From positions 30,705-94,704 of the forward strand of contig CAJWPC010000003.1 in the NCBI GenBank assembly GCA_913045225.1: 64,000 bases of DNA, given 5' to 3'. The position numbers were made by a program, and so were the translations under genes. Source of the stretch: an uncultured Rhodobiaceae bacterium (GTDB lineage Bacteria; Pseudomonadota; Alphaproteobacteria; Rhizobiales; TMED25). This document shows positions 1 to 9,508 of this stretch, in pieces. The notes below the pieces were generated by a model that was not told where the DNA came from, made no database searches, and saw only the letters and a program-made list of their open reading frames with translations. The number at the start of each line of letters is the position of its first letter. Within the stretch, counting starts at the first letter, position 1.

Positions 1-361
1 CCGAACATCAAAAACCCCCACAAGCATTTATCTAGCAAATAGAGGCATAAAAACAGCGAATATTCCGTTTGTGAATGACATTCCTTTGCCACCCGAATTG
101 GATACCGTAAAACATCCCATGATTGTAGGACTTGTAGCAACACCTGAACGAATAATACAAATTAGAAAAAATAGACTGATGGCCTTAAATGCAAAAGATG
201 ATAGCAACTACGTGGATAAGAGGCTTGTTAGTGAAGAAATTCTAAAAGCAAAAAAACTTTTTGAAAAAAATAATTGGCCCGTTATTGATGTAACCAGAAA
301 ATCTATTGAAGAGACCGCTGCGGAGATAATGCTTTTGCTCAGAGGAAGGTATAATGCATAA
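1..361 (+). CDS. Pyruvate,phosphate dikinase regulatory protein family (PDRP / DUF299 kinase-pyrophosphorylase; RP001 homologue), 5'-truncated by the window edge
   Basis: The frame is open from nt 2 ([24 protein letters not shown]...) and runs into the listed [14 protein letters not shown]...[15 protein letters not shown]. The TSKTPTS motif and the C-terminal region are typical of this family. Stop TAA at 359-361 overlaps the maf ATG by 1 nt. Confidence 0.85.
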   Translation, partial: RTSKTPTSIYLANRGIKTANIPFVNDIPLPPELDTVKHPMIVGLVATPERIIQIRKNRLMALNAKDDSNYVDKRLVSEEILKAKKLFEKNNWPVIDVTRKSIEETAAEIMLLLRGRYNA

Positions 362-966
362 TGGAATATGATATAATATTAGCAACTCAGAGTGAAATAA
401 GAAGAAATTTACTCAAGAACACTGGCATTAGATTCAAGGCCATCAAATCAGATTTTGATGAGGCACAATTACAAGATGCCCTTAATGGCAAAATATGCTC
501 ATTGAAAGATGCCCAAGATCTGGTAATGAAACTCTCTTTTGAGAAAGCCAAAAATATTTCTGGCAGATACAGTAAAGATTTGATTATTGGTTGTGATCAA
601 ACACTATACTTTAAAAAAAGAATTTTAAATAAGCCAGTAAATTATGAAGAATCTTTCGAGCAACTTAAGGGCTTAAGTGGTGAAAATCATAAGCTTATTA
701 CAGCTACTACTTGTGTGATGGAATCTAAACAGATCTGGTCTTACATATCGGTGCAAGATATGCAGATGAGGACACTTAGTGATGAATACATAAAAAACTA
801 CATAAAGGAGATTGGTGATAAAGTACTCAATATTCTCGGCGCCTATGAGATTGAGGGAAAGGGAATTAATCTATTTGAGAGTATTGGTGATGATTTATTT
901 TCAATCCAAGGTATTTCAATATTACAACTTACAAAATTTTTGAGAAAAGCTGGGTATATTGAATGA
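361..966 (+). CDS. maf: Maf-like nucleoside triphosphate pyrophosphatase (septum formation protein Maf)
   Basis: 201 aa. N-terminal IILATQSEIRRNLLKNTGIRFKAIKSDFDE matches the Maf signature (ILAS.SPRR..LL...G..F). Conserved position between PDRP and coaE. Confidence 0.88.
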   Translation: MEYDIILATQSEIRRNLLKNTGIRFKAIKSDFDEAQLQDALNGKICSLKDAQDLVMKLSFEKAKNISGRYSKDLIIGCDQTLYFKKRILNKPVNYEESFEQLKGLSGENHKLITATTCVMESKQIWSYISVQDMQMRTLSDEYIKNYIKEIGDKVLNILGAYEIEGKGINLFESIGDDLFSIQGISILQLTKFLRKAGYIE

Positions 967-1556
967 TCAAAATTGGCTTAACGGGATCAATAGCTGTTGG
1001 AAAATCATTTGTTTTAAGCATATTTAAGACTGAATATAATATACCTGTATTTAGTTCTGATGAATGTGTAAGAGGGATTTATAGACATAATGTTGATTTA
1101 AATAATTTTATAAAAGAAGAGATACTTGTTAGCGATAATGAGTTTAGTAACGAAGATATCGCGAATATTGTGTTTAAAGATAGTATAAAACTAGAAAAAT
1201 TAGAGAATTATATTCATCCTCTTGTTAAGATAGAAAGAGATAATTTTATAAATCAAGAGCTTAATAAAAAATCTAAATTTGTGGTTATAGAGGTACCGTT
1301 ACTTTTTGAAAAAAACTTGGAGCATGAGTTCGATAAAATTATACTTGTAGATGTGACGGAAGATATTCAAGAAAAAAGGGCATTATTAAGAAAAAATATG
1401 AGCAAAGAGAAGTATTTAGCGATAAAAGCAAACCAAATACCAAATAGTGAAAAGATTAATAGATCAGATTTCATAATTGATAATCATGACGAAGCGAAAA
1501 CTAGAGATCATATAGAAAAAATCGTAAAAGAGTTAAATAAACTGGTGAGTATTTAA
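963..1556 (+). CDS. coaE: Dephospho-CoA kinase
   Basis: 197 aa. P-loop IGLTGSIAVGKS at the N-terminus. The ATG overlaps the maf stop (ATGA). Followed by dnaQ, as in other alphaproteobacteria. Confidence 0.9.
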   Translation: MIKIGLTGSIAVGKSFVLSIFKTEYNIPVFSSDECVRGIYRHNVDLNNFIKEEILVSDNEFSNEDIANIVFKDSIKLEKLENYIHPLVKIERDNFINQELNKKSKFVVIEVPLLFEKNLEHEFDKIILVDVTEDIQEKRALLRKNMSKEKYLAIKANQIPNSEKINRSDFIIDNHDEAKTRDHIEKIVKELNKLVSI

Positions 1557-1557
1557 A

Positions 1558-2247
1558 ATGAGAGAGATTGTTGTTGATATAGAGACAACTGGTTTAGACC
1601 CTAAAAAAGGTGATAAAATTATTGAGATTGCTTGCCTGGAGTTAATTAATCATATACCAACAGATAAGTATTTTCATGAGTACGTAAATCCAAATGGAAA
1701 AGAAATTTCCGAAGGGGCTTTCAAGGTGCACGGCATATCGAATGATTTTTTAAATGAAAAGCCAATTTTCGATGAAGTTGCGGATAATTTTCTTGAATTT
1801 ATCGCTGACTCACCTGTTTTAGCGCATAATGCATCTTTTGATGTTGGCTTTCTAAATCATGAATTATCTCTTGAGAGCAAAAAACTAATCGCAGATGATA
1901 AGGTTATTGATACTCTTGTTATTGCAAGGGCAAAACATCCTGGTATGCCAAATAACCTCGATGCGTTGTGTAAACGATATAACATAGCTGAGCAAAAAAG
2001 AGGTCTGCATGATGCAAAATCTGACTGCGAATTATTGGCACAAGTTTATATAGAATTAATCGGCGGTCGCCAAAGTAATCTCGAATTACACAAAGATGAA
2101 ACTAATAAAAGTCTACTTGATGATAATGTAAGTAGAGTTCTACGTGAGAGAAGACCAGCACAGGAGCTTACACCTGAAGAGCTTGATAAACACCGTGAAT
2201 TTACCAAGAATTTTGTAAAAAAAGCATTATGGTCTAAAAAAGACTAA
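1558..2247 (+). CDS. dnaQ: DNA polymerase III epsilon subunit (3'-5' proofreading exonuclease)
   Basis: All three Exo motifs are present: VVDIETTGLDP, HNASFDVGFLN, HDAKSDCELLAQVY. Confidence 0.95.
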   Translation: MREIVVDIETTGLDPKKGDKIIEIACLELINHIPTDKYFHEYVNPNGKEISEGAFKVHGISNDFLNEKPIFDEVADNFLEFIADSPVLAHNASFDVGFLNHELSLESKKLIADDKVIDTLVIARAKHPGMPNNLDALCKRYNIAEQKRGLHDAKSDCELLAQVYIELIGGRQSNLELHKDETNKSLLDDNVSRVLRERRPAQELTPEELDKHREFTKNFVKKALWSKKD

Positions 2248-2249
2248 GA

Positions 2250-2687
2250 TTAATTTGTCTGCATATTTTTTTCAAAAAGCTTTAAAAAATCTATTGGCTC
2301 AATATAAAGGGGAGGGAATCCACCATCTCTTACACTGTCAGCAATTATTCTTCTCACAAATGGAAAGAGCATCCTCGGGATTTCAACAAGTATGACAAAC
2401 GATTTATTATTTTGTTCAATATTATTGAGCTGAACAACGCATGCATAAGACAAATCAATAATAAAACACGGCTCATCTTCAATTGTAGATGTGGCCTTGG
2501 TACTAATTTCGACCTCATAAATGCTATTTTCTTTATCTAAAGTTGCCGCATTCACGTTAACGCTGACATTGATATCTGGCTTTGCCATCATATGAGGTAG
2601 TTTTCTTGGGACTTTTGGGTTCTCGAAAGAGAGATCCTTCACATATTGGCTCAGAAATTTAAACCCACTTTTTAATTCTTCATTCAT
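2250..2687 (-). CDS. secB: Protein-export chaperone SecB
   Basis: 145 aa. DLSFENP near the N-terminus and LFPFVRRIIADSVRDGGFPPLYIEPIDF are typical of SecB. Convergent with dnaQ with only 2 nt between the stops. Confidence 0.93.
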   Translation of the reverse strand: MNEELKSGFKFLSQYVKDLSFENPKVPRKLPHMMAKPDINVSVNVNAATLDKENSIYEVEISTKATSTIEDEPCFIIDLSYACVVQLNNIEQNNKSFVILVEIPRMLFPFVRRIIADSVRDGGFPPLYIEPIDFLKLFEKNMQTN

Positions 2688-2826
2688 AGCAACAAATAAA
2701 AACTTGATAACTATATCATAGCAGATAGTGGCTTTCGGTCAATTATTTGAAAAATCTGATAAAATATTTTCAATTATTTCTGTAATACATATATATTATA
2801 GGTAAATAAAAACTTCTAATTCCAAT

Positions 2827-3480
2827 ATGTTTGATATTATAAATTTAATACTGCTCATAATTGTAATATTTATACTGATAATGTTACGCTCTGTTCTTGG
2901 TAGAAGAACTGGTCTGGAAAAACCAGTGGTCATAGACTTTGATGAGCATAAAAGTAAAGCAGTTGAAACAAATCATGAAGATGACGTTCGCAACCCACTT
3001 GAAATTAATGAAGATGAAAAAAATATTAGCAGTTTTCTTGGTGAATTGAAATATCTTGAGAAGTCATTGAAGGGCTTTGACCTTAAATATTTTAGAGAAG
3101 GCGCAATGAAAGCATACGAAATGATTTTGATTGGGCACTCTGAAGAAGATCACAAGACTTTGAACTCACTTTTGGGAAAAGAACTCTATGAGGATTTTAA
3201 GGCTTCCATTGAAGCAAGAAATGAAGCAGCACAAAAACTTGAATATAGTATTATTAAAGTTAGCGAATTGCAGATTGATGACATAAAAATAGAGAAAAAT
3301 ATAGCGAGTATAACTTGTAGGATTAATGCTGAGACTAGCTCCACCATTAGTGAGTTTAAGGATGATGAAAAATCTACAAAAAGAAATAGTGCAAAGACTA
3401 AGGAAATTTGGACGTTTAGCAAAAATTTAAAGTCAAAAGATCCGAATTGGAAAGTAATAGCGATAAGTCGTCTTAATTAA
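2827..3480 (+). CDS. Tim44-like domain protein with an N-terminal transmembrane anchor
   Basis: 217 aa. Hydrophobic N-terminus FDIINLILLIIVIFILIMLRSVLG. The C-terminal domain ends in the typical WTFSKNLKSKDPNWKVIAI motif. Conserved secB / Tim44-like / mltA neighbourhood of alphaproteobacteria. Confidence 0.8.
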   Translation: MFDIINLILLIIVIFILIMLRSVLGRRTGLEKPVVIDFDEHKSKAVETNHEDDVRNPLEINEDEKNISSFLGELKYLEKSLKGFDLKYFREGAMKAYEMILIGHSEEDHKTLNSLLGKELYEDFKASIEARNEAAQKLEYSIIKVSELQIDDIKIEKNIASITCRINAETSSTISEFKDDEKSTKRNSAKTKEIWTFSKNLKSKDPNWKVIAISRLN

Positions 3481-3492
3481 CTAAAGCAAATA

Positions 3493-4434
3493 ATGATTAG
3501 TAAAATACATACAAAGCAACTTCAAAAAGTTTCTTTTGAAGATATAAAAGGTTGGGTACATGATAATCATTTGGATGCATTTACGCTTCTAAACAAGAGC
3601 ACGAAGCATCTCTTATTAGACCAAAAAATGCAAAATAATAATATGGCACGGAGATATTTTGAAAAGAATTATCAGCCTTATAGAGTTTTAAGAAAACAAA
3701 ATGAGGCAAGTCTTTACACAGGATACTATGAACCATCCTTAAACGCGTCATCTGATAAAAAAGGGGAATATCAATACCCTTTGTATGGATCTCCAAAAAA
3801 TAAATCAGACAAATTTGTAAATTTAACCAGAAGAGAACTCGAAGAAAAAATATATTGGGACCTTCCAATTTTAGCATGGCTATCAAATCCCGTTGGCTTA
3901 TATTTCATGCATATTCAAGGCTCTGGTACCCTAAAATTTAAAAATGGAACAGAGCGAAGATTTGTATTTAACAGCAAGAATAATTATGAATACACATCAA
4001 TAGGGAGGTACTTAACAGATAATAACTATATAAAAAAAACCCAAATATCAATGGGATCGATAAAAAAATGGATGAGTTCAAGCCCAGATAACTTAGCTAA
4101 AAAATACATAAATAAATCATTCATTTTTTTTAAAGAAGACTTGAAGGACGAGGTAAATGTTCATCCATTGGGCCAACTTGGTATAAGGTTAACACCTTTC
4201 AGATCACTTGCTGTTGATATGTCAATATACAACGCTAACACCCCTATCTGGCTTGATACAAAAATCCCAATCAAGGGCTCAAAAAAGTTTAAGCGATTCC
4301 AGAGACTAATGTTTGCGCAAGACAAAGGGTCGGCAATAAAGGGTTTACATAGAGGGGATATTTTTTTCGGAAACGATGAAAATGCTGGAAATATGAAATC
4401 CCAGGGTGATATAATTATATTTGATAGGATATGA
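3493..4434 (+). CDS. mltA: Membrane-bound lytic murein transglycosylase A family protein (MltA, 3D domain)
   Basis: 313 aa. Motifs FEDIKGW, TGYYEP, MHIQGSG, AVD.SIY and AQDKGSAIKG..RGDIFFG are characteristic of MltA. No hydrophobic signal sequence is visible in the first 40 aa. Confidence 0.88.
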   Translation: MISKIHTKQLQKVSFEDIKGWVHDNHLDAFTLLNKSTKHLLLDQKMQNNNMARRYFEKNYQPYRVLRKQNEASLYTGYYEPSLNASSDKKGEYQYPLYGSPKNKSDKFVNLTRRELEEKIYWDLPILAWLSNPVGLYFMHIQGSGTLKFKNGTERRFVFNSKNNYEYTSIGRYLTDNNYIKKTQISMGSIKKWMSSSPDNLAKKYINKSFIFFKEDLKDEVNVHPLGQLGIRLTPFRSLAVDMSIYNANTPIWLDTKIPIKGSKKFKRFQRLMFAQDKGSAIKGLHRGDIFFGNDENAGNMKSQGDIIIFDRI

Positions 4435-5042
4435 AAAAAAATAATAAGAAAATATCAAGCAGTGATTTGAAATTATGGAACCAGATATTAGATAAGGTTG
4501 AGCCGATCAAAAAATCTGGTAGATCCAAAGTTACAAATCAAAGAGAAAGTGTTATTGAAGATAACATAATAATGTCAAGAGATCTCAGTGAGCAAAGTAC
4601 TGTCAAAAAAAGTGTCAAACGAAATAAAATCATAAATGAAGACTTACCTGATACAATTTCATACAATAACTCTGATGAAAAAGCTGAGTTCACGGGGATC
4701 CATCGAAGATTAGAACAAAAAATGTCAAGGGGTCAAATCAAAATCGACTCAACTTTGGATTTGCATGGCATGAACCAAGAAGAAGCAAAAGACGCTACTA
4801 TTAATTTTGTGAGGATGGCAAAAAAGAATAACTTAAACATTGTTCTAATCATTACCGGTAAGGGTATATCAAAAGATAATACAAATGATGGGTATCCTAC
4901 TACATTTACACGTGGTGTTTTAAATCAGAATCTTCCAAACTGGCTAAAGTTACCACAAATTCGAAATGACATAAACGGTTATAGGTATGCTAATTTAAAG
5001 CATGGTGGGGAGGGCGCCTATTACATACTTTTGAAAACTTAA
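4431..5042 (+). CDS. Smr (MutS2-like small) domain protein
   Basis: 203 aa. The C-terminal Smr domain has LDLHGMNQEEA...VLIITGKG. The ATG overlaps the mltA stop (ATGA). Confidence 0.82.
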   Translation: MKKNNKKISSSDLKLWNQILDKVEPIKKSGRSKVTNQRESVIEDNIIMSRDLSEQSTVKKSVKRNKIINEDLPDTISYNNSDEKAEFTGIHRRLEQKMSRGQIKIDSTLDLHGMNQEEAKDATINFVRMAKKNNLNIVLIITGKGISKDNTNDGYPTTFTRGVLNQNLPNWLKLPQIRNDINGYRYANLKHGGEGAYYILLKT

Positions 5043-6350
5043 TTATAAAATAAACTTTGAAAGATCTGCATTATTTGCGAGATCTTCTATATGATTTGAG
5101 ACATAATCTTGATCAATTTTTATATTTTTTTCATCAAGATCAGGTGCTGTGAAGCTTATATCATCAAGGACTCTCTCAAGAACCGTATGAAGTCTCCTGG
5201 CACCAATATTCTCAACATTTGAATTCACACTTACTGCAATATCTGCAATTTTTTCTATTGCGTCTTTTGAAAATTCTAATTTAAGACCTTCTGTATCCAT
5301 AAGCGCGATATATTGTTTAATCAGGCTTGCTTCTGTATCTGATAATATACTTACAAAATCTTCTTTTGATAAAGCCCCAAGCTCAACCCGTATAGGCAGT
5401 CTACCTTGTAGTTCAGGAAGAAGATCGGAAGGTTTTGCAAGGTGAAATGCACCCGAAGTAATAAACAATATATGGTCTGTTTTTACAATGCCATGTTTTG
5501 TTGATACCGACGTACCTTCAATTAGGGGAAGCAAATCTCTTTGAACTCCTTCACGGCTTACATCTGCTCCTTGCCGATTTTCACGAGCGCAGATTTTATC
5601 TATCTCATCAATGAAAACAATACCATGATTCTGAACACTTTTTAGTGCCTCTTGGATAATTGTGTCGTGGTCCAGTAAATTATCAGACTCTTCTTGTAGT
5701 AGAATTTCATAGCTATCTTTTACAAGCATCTTTTTTGATTTATACTTATCACCCATTGCTTTTCCGAGCATGTCACCAATATTCAACATACCCATTTGAG
5801 CACCTGGCATCCCCGGTAATTCAAACGATGTCATGTTTGATGCTGAGTCTTTTATTTTTAGATCTATTTCTTTATCGTCTAATTCGCCATCTCTTAATTT
5901 TTTTCTAAATGACTCTTTAGTTGACTCTGATGCATTCTCGCCAACAAGGGCGTTGATAACTCTTTCCTCTGATAATAGGTGAGCTTTAGCTTCAACTTCT
6001 TTTCGTTTTTTCTCTTTTATCATTGCTATGGCCGTTTCAACTAAATCACGTATAATTTGTTCAACGTCACGCCCAACATAGCCAACTTCAGTAAATTTTG
6101 TGGCTTCAACCTTTATAAATGGCGCATCAGCCAATTTTGCAAGCCTTCGTGAAATTTCTGTCTTACCAACGCCTGTTGGCCCTATCATGAGTATATTTTT
6201 AGGTAATATCTCATCTTTTAATGGACCGGTTAATTGTTGGCGACGCCATTGGTTTCGTAGAGCTATTGCGCACGCTCTCTTTGCCTTATTTTGACCAATA
6301 ATAAATCTATCTAGCTCGGATACAATTTCTCGTGGCGAAAAGTCTGACAT
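5043..6350 (-). CDS. hslU: ATP-dependent protease ATPase subunit HslU
   Basis: 435 aa. TPREIV-type N-terminus, Walker [16 protein letters not shown], Walker [12 protein letters not shown]. The stop directly abuts the smr stop with a 0-nt gap. Confidence 0.97.
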   Translation of the reverse strand: MSDFSPREIVSELDRFIIGQNKAKRACAIALRNQWRRQQLTGPLKDEILPKNILMIGPTGVGKTEISRRLAKLADAPFIKVEATKFTEVGYVGRDVEQIIRDLVETAIAMIKEKKRKEVEAKAHLLSEERVINALVGENASESTKESFRKKLRDGELDDKEIDLKIKDSASNMTSFELPGMPGAQMGMLNIGDMLGKAMGDKYKSKKMLVKDSYEILLQEESDNLLDHDTIIQEALKSVQNHGIVFIDEIDKICARENRQGADVSREGVQRDLLPLIEGTSVSTKHGIVKTDHILFITSGAFHLAKPSDLLPELQGRLPIRVELGALSKEDFVSILSDTEASLIKQYIALMDTEGLKLEFSKDAIEKIADIAVSVNSNVENIGARRLHTVLERVLDDISFTAPDLDEKNIKIDQDYVSNHIEDLANNADLSKFIL

Positions 6351-6351
6351 A

Positions 6352-6912
6352 TCACTCCTTTATCTTGATGCTTTCAATAATCAAATTATCATTTGTATAG
6401 ACACAAATTTCTGATGCTATTTTCATAGATTTTTCTGCAATTTCTTGTGCACTTATATCAGTGTTAAATAATGCTTTTGCTGCTGCTAAAGCGTAATTCC
6501 CACCTGATCCTATCGCAATTACGCCGTCTTCAGGTTCAAGTACATCTCCATTACCCGTCAGTACGAAGCTACAATCATTATCAGCTACTAACATCATCGC
6601 CTCCAGCCTACGTAGATATCTATCAAGTCTCCAGTCTTTAGCTAATTCAACAGCAGCTCTTGTTAGCTGGGTTGGGTATTGCTCGAGTTTTGCTTCTAAT
6701 CTATCAAATAAAGTAAGGGCATCCGCTGTTGAGCCGGCGAAACCAGCAATAACTTCTTGCCCTGGGCCAAGCCTTCTTACCTTCTTTGCATTATTTTTGA
6801 TAATTGTTTGCCCCAAGCTAACTTGGCCATCACCTGCAATCACAACACTATCACCTTTTCGTACCATGATGATAGTTGTACCAACCATATTTTTTTCATT
6901 ATGCTCGATCAT
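6352..6912 (-). CDS. hslV: ATP-dependent protease subunit HslV
   Basis: 186 aa. [22 protein letters not shown] carries the catalytic N-terminal Thr motif. Lies 1 nt upstream of hslU. Confidence 0.96.
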   Translation of the reverse strand: MIEHNEKNMVGTTIIMVRKGDSVVIAGDGQVSLGQTIIKNNAKKVRRLGPGQEVIAGFAGSTADALTLFDRLEAKLEQYPTQLTRAAVELAKDWRLDRYLRRLEAMMLVADNDCSFVLTGNGDVLEPEDGVIAIGSGGNYALAAAKALFNTDISAQEIAEKSMKIASEICVYTNDNLIIESIKIKE

Positions 6913-7040
6913 TTAATCCCTATAATTCTAGTCACATGACTACTTTTGTCATATTTAACATATATTAATAATATGTTTATTATAATATATATGTCGATTG
7001 TGATATATATATTCAAGATTTTAACCAATGGAAATTGATA

Positions 7041-7643
7041 ATGGGTGATAACAAGAAAAGGGAAGCTCTTGTAGAGAGAAAAACAAAAGAAACAAGTATT
7101 TCCTGTAAATTGCTATTAGATGGCACCGGCAAATCAAAGATTAATACAGGAATTGGGTTCCTTGATCACATGTTAGAGCAGGTGGCAAGACACGGCTTAC
7201 TTGATATTGAGCTGAAAGCTGAAGGAGACTTGCATATTGATATGCATCACACCACAGAAGACATTGGGATCGTAATGGGAACGGCAATAAAGCAGGCTCT
7301 GGGAGACAAAGCAGGAATAAGAAGATTTTCGCACATAATCATTCCAATGGATGAAGCCTTAACTCAAATTTCATTAGATATTTCAGGTAGACCTTATCTG
7401 AGGTGGGCGGTGAATCTAAAATCACCAAAGATTGGTGAAATGGACTCAGAGCTTTTTAAGGAGTGGTTCTATGCATTTGCACATAATAGCGACATGACAT
7501 TACACATAGAGAACTTGCATGGGAGTAACGCGCATCACATCATAGAGTCTTGTTATAAGGGTCTTGCTAGATGCATTAGAGAAGCAATTGCAATTGATCC
7601 ACTTACATCAGGTTCAATTCCAACTACAAAAGGGATTCTATAA
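7041..7643 (+). CDS. hisB: Imidazoleglycerol-phosphate dehydratase
   Basis: [28 protein letters not shown] and [16 protein letters not shown] motifs. The ORF track starts at TTG 7035. ATG 7041 is two codons downstream and more likely. Confidence 0.93.
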   Translation: MGDNKKREALVERKTKETSISCKLLLDGTGKSKINTGIGFLDHMLEQVARHGLLDIELKAEGDLHIDMHHTTEDIGIVMGTAIKQALGDKAGIRRFSHIIIPMDEALTQISLDISGRPYLRWAVNLKSPKIGEMDSELFKEWFYAFAHNSDMTLHIENLHGSNAHHIIESCYKGLARCIREAIAIDPLTSGSIPTTKGIL

Positions 7644-7658
7644 TTTATTTTTTTCATT

Positions 7659-8108
7659 ATGGCTTTATTTGAAATATATACAAAAAAAAGAGGTTTTGAC
7701 GATAACAACGAGCATATTTTGATTTATCGGGATAAAATCTCATACACAGCGTTAATTTGCCCACCATTGTGGTTTTTATTGAATAAAAATTTCTTTTTAG
7801 TTCCTTTTTATATTGCAACAATATTCCTATTATATGTTATCTCTATTTATATTGGATCTACAATCATGATATTTGGTATCATATTCATTCACCTTTTTTT
7901 CGGGTTTCAGTCTAATCTTATAAGAGAATGGCTGTTGAATTTAAGAGATTATAAGTTAGAGATGATTGTTACTTCAGAAAGTCAAATTAGTGCTTACAAT
8001 ACATACAGAAACAACAAAGAAAATGAAGTCATACTAAACGATAATTCCACTCAGAATAAATCCGGAACTGGTAGCGGTGATGAAGAGGCAATTCTTAATA
8101 TATTTTAA
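7659..8108 (+). CDS. Small membrane protein, DUF2628-like, embedded in the his operon
   Basis: 149 aa with two clear hydrophobic helices (ALICPPLWFLLNKNFFLVPFYIATIFLLYVI, IMIFGIIFIHLFFGF). Its position between hisB and hisH matches the DUF2628 gene seen there in many alphaproteobacteria. Confidence 0.6.
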   Translation: MALFEIYTKKRGFDDNNEHILIYRDKISYTALICPPLWFLLNKNFFLVPFYIATIFLLYVISIYIGSTIMIFGIIFIHLFFGFQSNLIREWLLNLRDYKLEMIVTSESQISAYNTYRNNKENEVILNDNSTQNKSGTGSGDEEAILNIF

Positions 8109-8126
8109 TAGCTTTGTGTGAAAGGT

Positions 8127-8774
8127 ATGGAAATAATTGGCATTATTGATTATGGATCAGGAAATATCCATTCTGCAACAAAAGCCTTCGAAAACGTCGC
8201 AAAAGATCTCAAAAAAGAGATAAAAATTCTGCGCATACACAATGCTGCCGATATAAAGCTCTGTGATCGTGTTGTGCTTCCTGGAGTTGGAGCATTTAAA
8301 GATTGTAAAGCTGGACTCGTTAACATAGACGGTCTGGTTCCGACCCTAGAAAAAAAAATTTTAGATGAGGGAGCTCCTTTTCTGGGGATTTGCGTTGGGA
8401 TGCAATTACTTGCTGATATTGGGTTTGAAGGCGAAACGACGCCAGGTTTTGGATGGATTCCAGGGGTAGTTGACAAAATACCAACCACAGCAGGGCTTAA
8501 AATTCCTCACATGGGTTGGAATACTATTAAATTTAATAGAGCTCACAGCATTTTTAATGGATTAGAGAATAAAGGAGAAACAATAGTATATTTTGTTCAT
8601 TCTTATTATTTTCAAGTAAAAAAAATGGAAGATTTATTAGGTATCTGTGACTATGGCAGTGAAATTACTGCTGTAATTGGCAAAGACAATATCATTGGAT
8701 GTCAATTCCATCCTGAGAAAAGCCAGAAAATAGGTCTGAAATTTATTAAAAATTTTATAAATTGGAGTCCCTGA
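8127..8774 (+). CDS. hisH: Imidazole glycerol phosphate synthase, glutamine amidotransferase subunit
   Basis: IIDYGSGNIHS, PGVGAF, GICVGMQLL (catalytic Cys) and QFHPEKS motifs. The ORF track starts at GTG 8118. ATG 8127 is preceded by GAAAGG. Confidence 0.94.
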   Translation: MEIIGIIDYGSGNIHSATKAFENVAKDLKKEIKILRIHNAADIKLCDRVVLPGVGAFKDCKAGLVNIDGLVPTLEKKILDEGAPFLGICVGMQLLADIGFEGETTPGFGWIPGVVDKIPTTAGLKIPHMGWNTIKFNRAHSIFNGLENKGETIVYFVHSYYFQVKKMEDLLGICDYGSEITAVIGKDNIIGCQFHPEKSQKIGLKFIKNFINWSP

Positions 8775-9508
8775 TGATTTTATTTCCAGCTATTGATATT
8801 AAAAATGGTGAATGTGTCCGGCTTCGACTTGGAGAAATGCGAGACTCAAAGATTTATAATAGTAATCCACTTTCACAAGCAATAAAATTCCAAGAAATGG
8901 GCTTTGATTGGGTTCATATTGTTGATCTTGATGCCGCCGTAAATGGTAAAAGTAAAAACAAACCAATAATTGAGGAAATAATAAAAAAAACAAATTTAAA
9001 GGTTCAGCTTGGTGGTGGGATTAGAACAATGGAGGTGATTGACCATTGGTTATCACTCGGAGCTGAAAAATTAGTTCTAGGCACTATGAGCATTACTAAT
9101 ATTAGTTTGGTGAAGACAGTCGCAAATAAATACCCCCAAAAAATTGTTTTAGCGCTTGATAGCAAAGATGAATTTATATGCATAGAGGGGTGGAAGAGGC
9201 AAACGGAGGTTAATATTTTAGATTTAATTAAGGAGTATGAGAACACTGAAATTGACTCGATCCTACATACAGATATAAATAGGGATGGGATGCTCGAGGG
9301 ATTAAATTTTAGGGGTTCCAAAAAGTTAGCCATGGCAACTAATATATCGGTGATATTAAGTGGGGGCTTAAACTCTATTGAAGATATTAAAAAATTAAAG
9401 ACAAATGAGAATTCGATTTTCAAAGGTGCAATAATCGGTAAAGCGCTATACGAAAAAAAAATTGATCCGATAGAAGCCCTTAAAATTATTAATAGTGAGG
9501 GTTTATAA
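8774..9508 (+). CDS. hisA: 1-(5-phosphoribosyl)-5-[(5-phosphoribosylamino)methylideneamino]imidazole-4-carboxamide isomerase
   Basis: MILFPAIDIKNGECVRL is the canonical HisA N-terminus. ATG 8774 overlaps the hisH TGA (ATGA-type coupling). The ORF-track TTG 8762 is an upstream extension. Confidence 0.93.
   Translation: MILFPAIDIKNGECVRLRLGEMRDSKIYNSNPLSQAIKFQEMGFDWVHIVDLDAAVNGKSKNKPIIEEIIKKTNLKVQLGGGIRTMEVIDHWLSLGAEKLVLGTMSITNISLVKTVANKYPQKIVLALDSKDEFICIEGWKRQTEVNILDLIKEYENTEIDSILHTDINRDGMLEGLNFRGSKKLAMATNISVILSGGLNSIEDIKKLKTNENSIFKGAIIGKALYEKKIDPIEALKIINSEGL

Noticed and set aside
2739-2779. A 10-bp direct repeat TCAATTATTT (2739-2748 and 2770-2779) in the secB / Tim44-like divergent spacer.
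   Set aside because: It is short, AT-only and expected by chance. It shows no symmetry or known motif.
6913-7034. A possible sigma-32 promoter for hslVU (CTTG present on the minus strand), and the inverted repeat TAGTCA-CA-TGACTA (6929-6942) in the hslV leader.
   Set aside because: The best -10-like element (CATATAT) is 20 nt from CTTG instead of 17 and violates the CY position. A 6-2-6 repeat in a 122-bp AT-rich spacer is within chance expectation. There is no histidine-rich leader peptide for the divergent his operon either.
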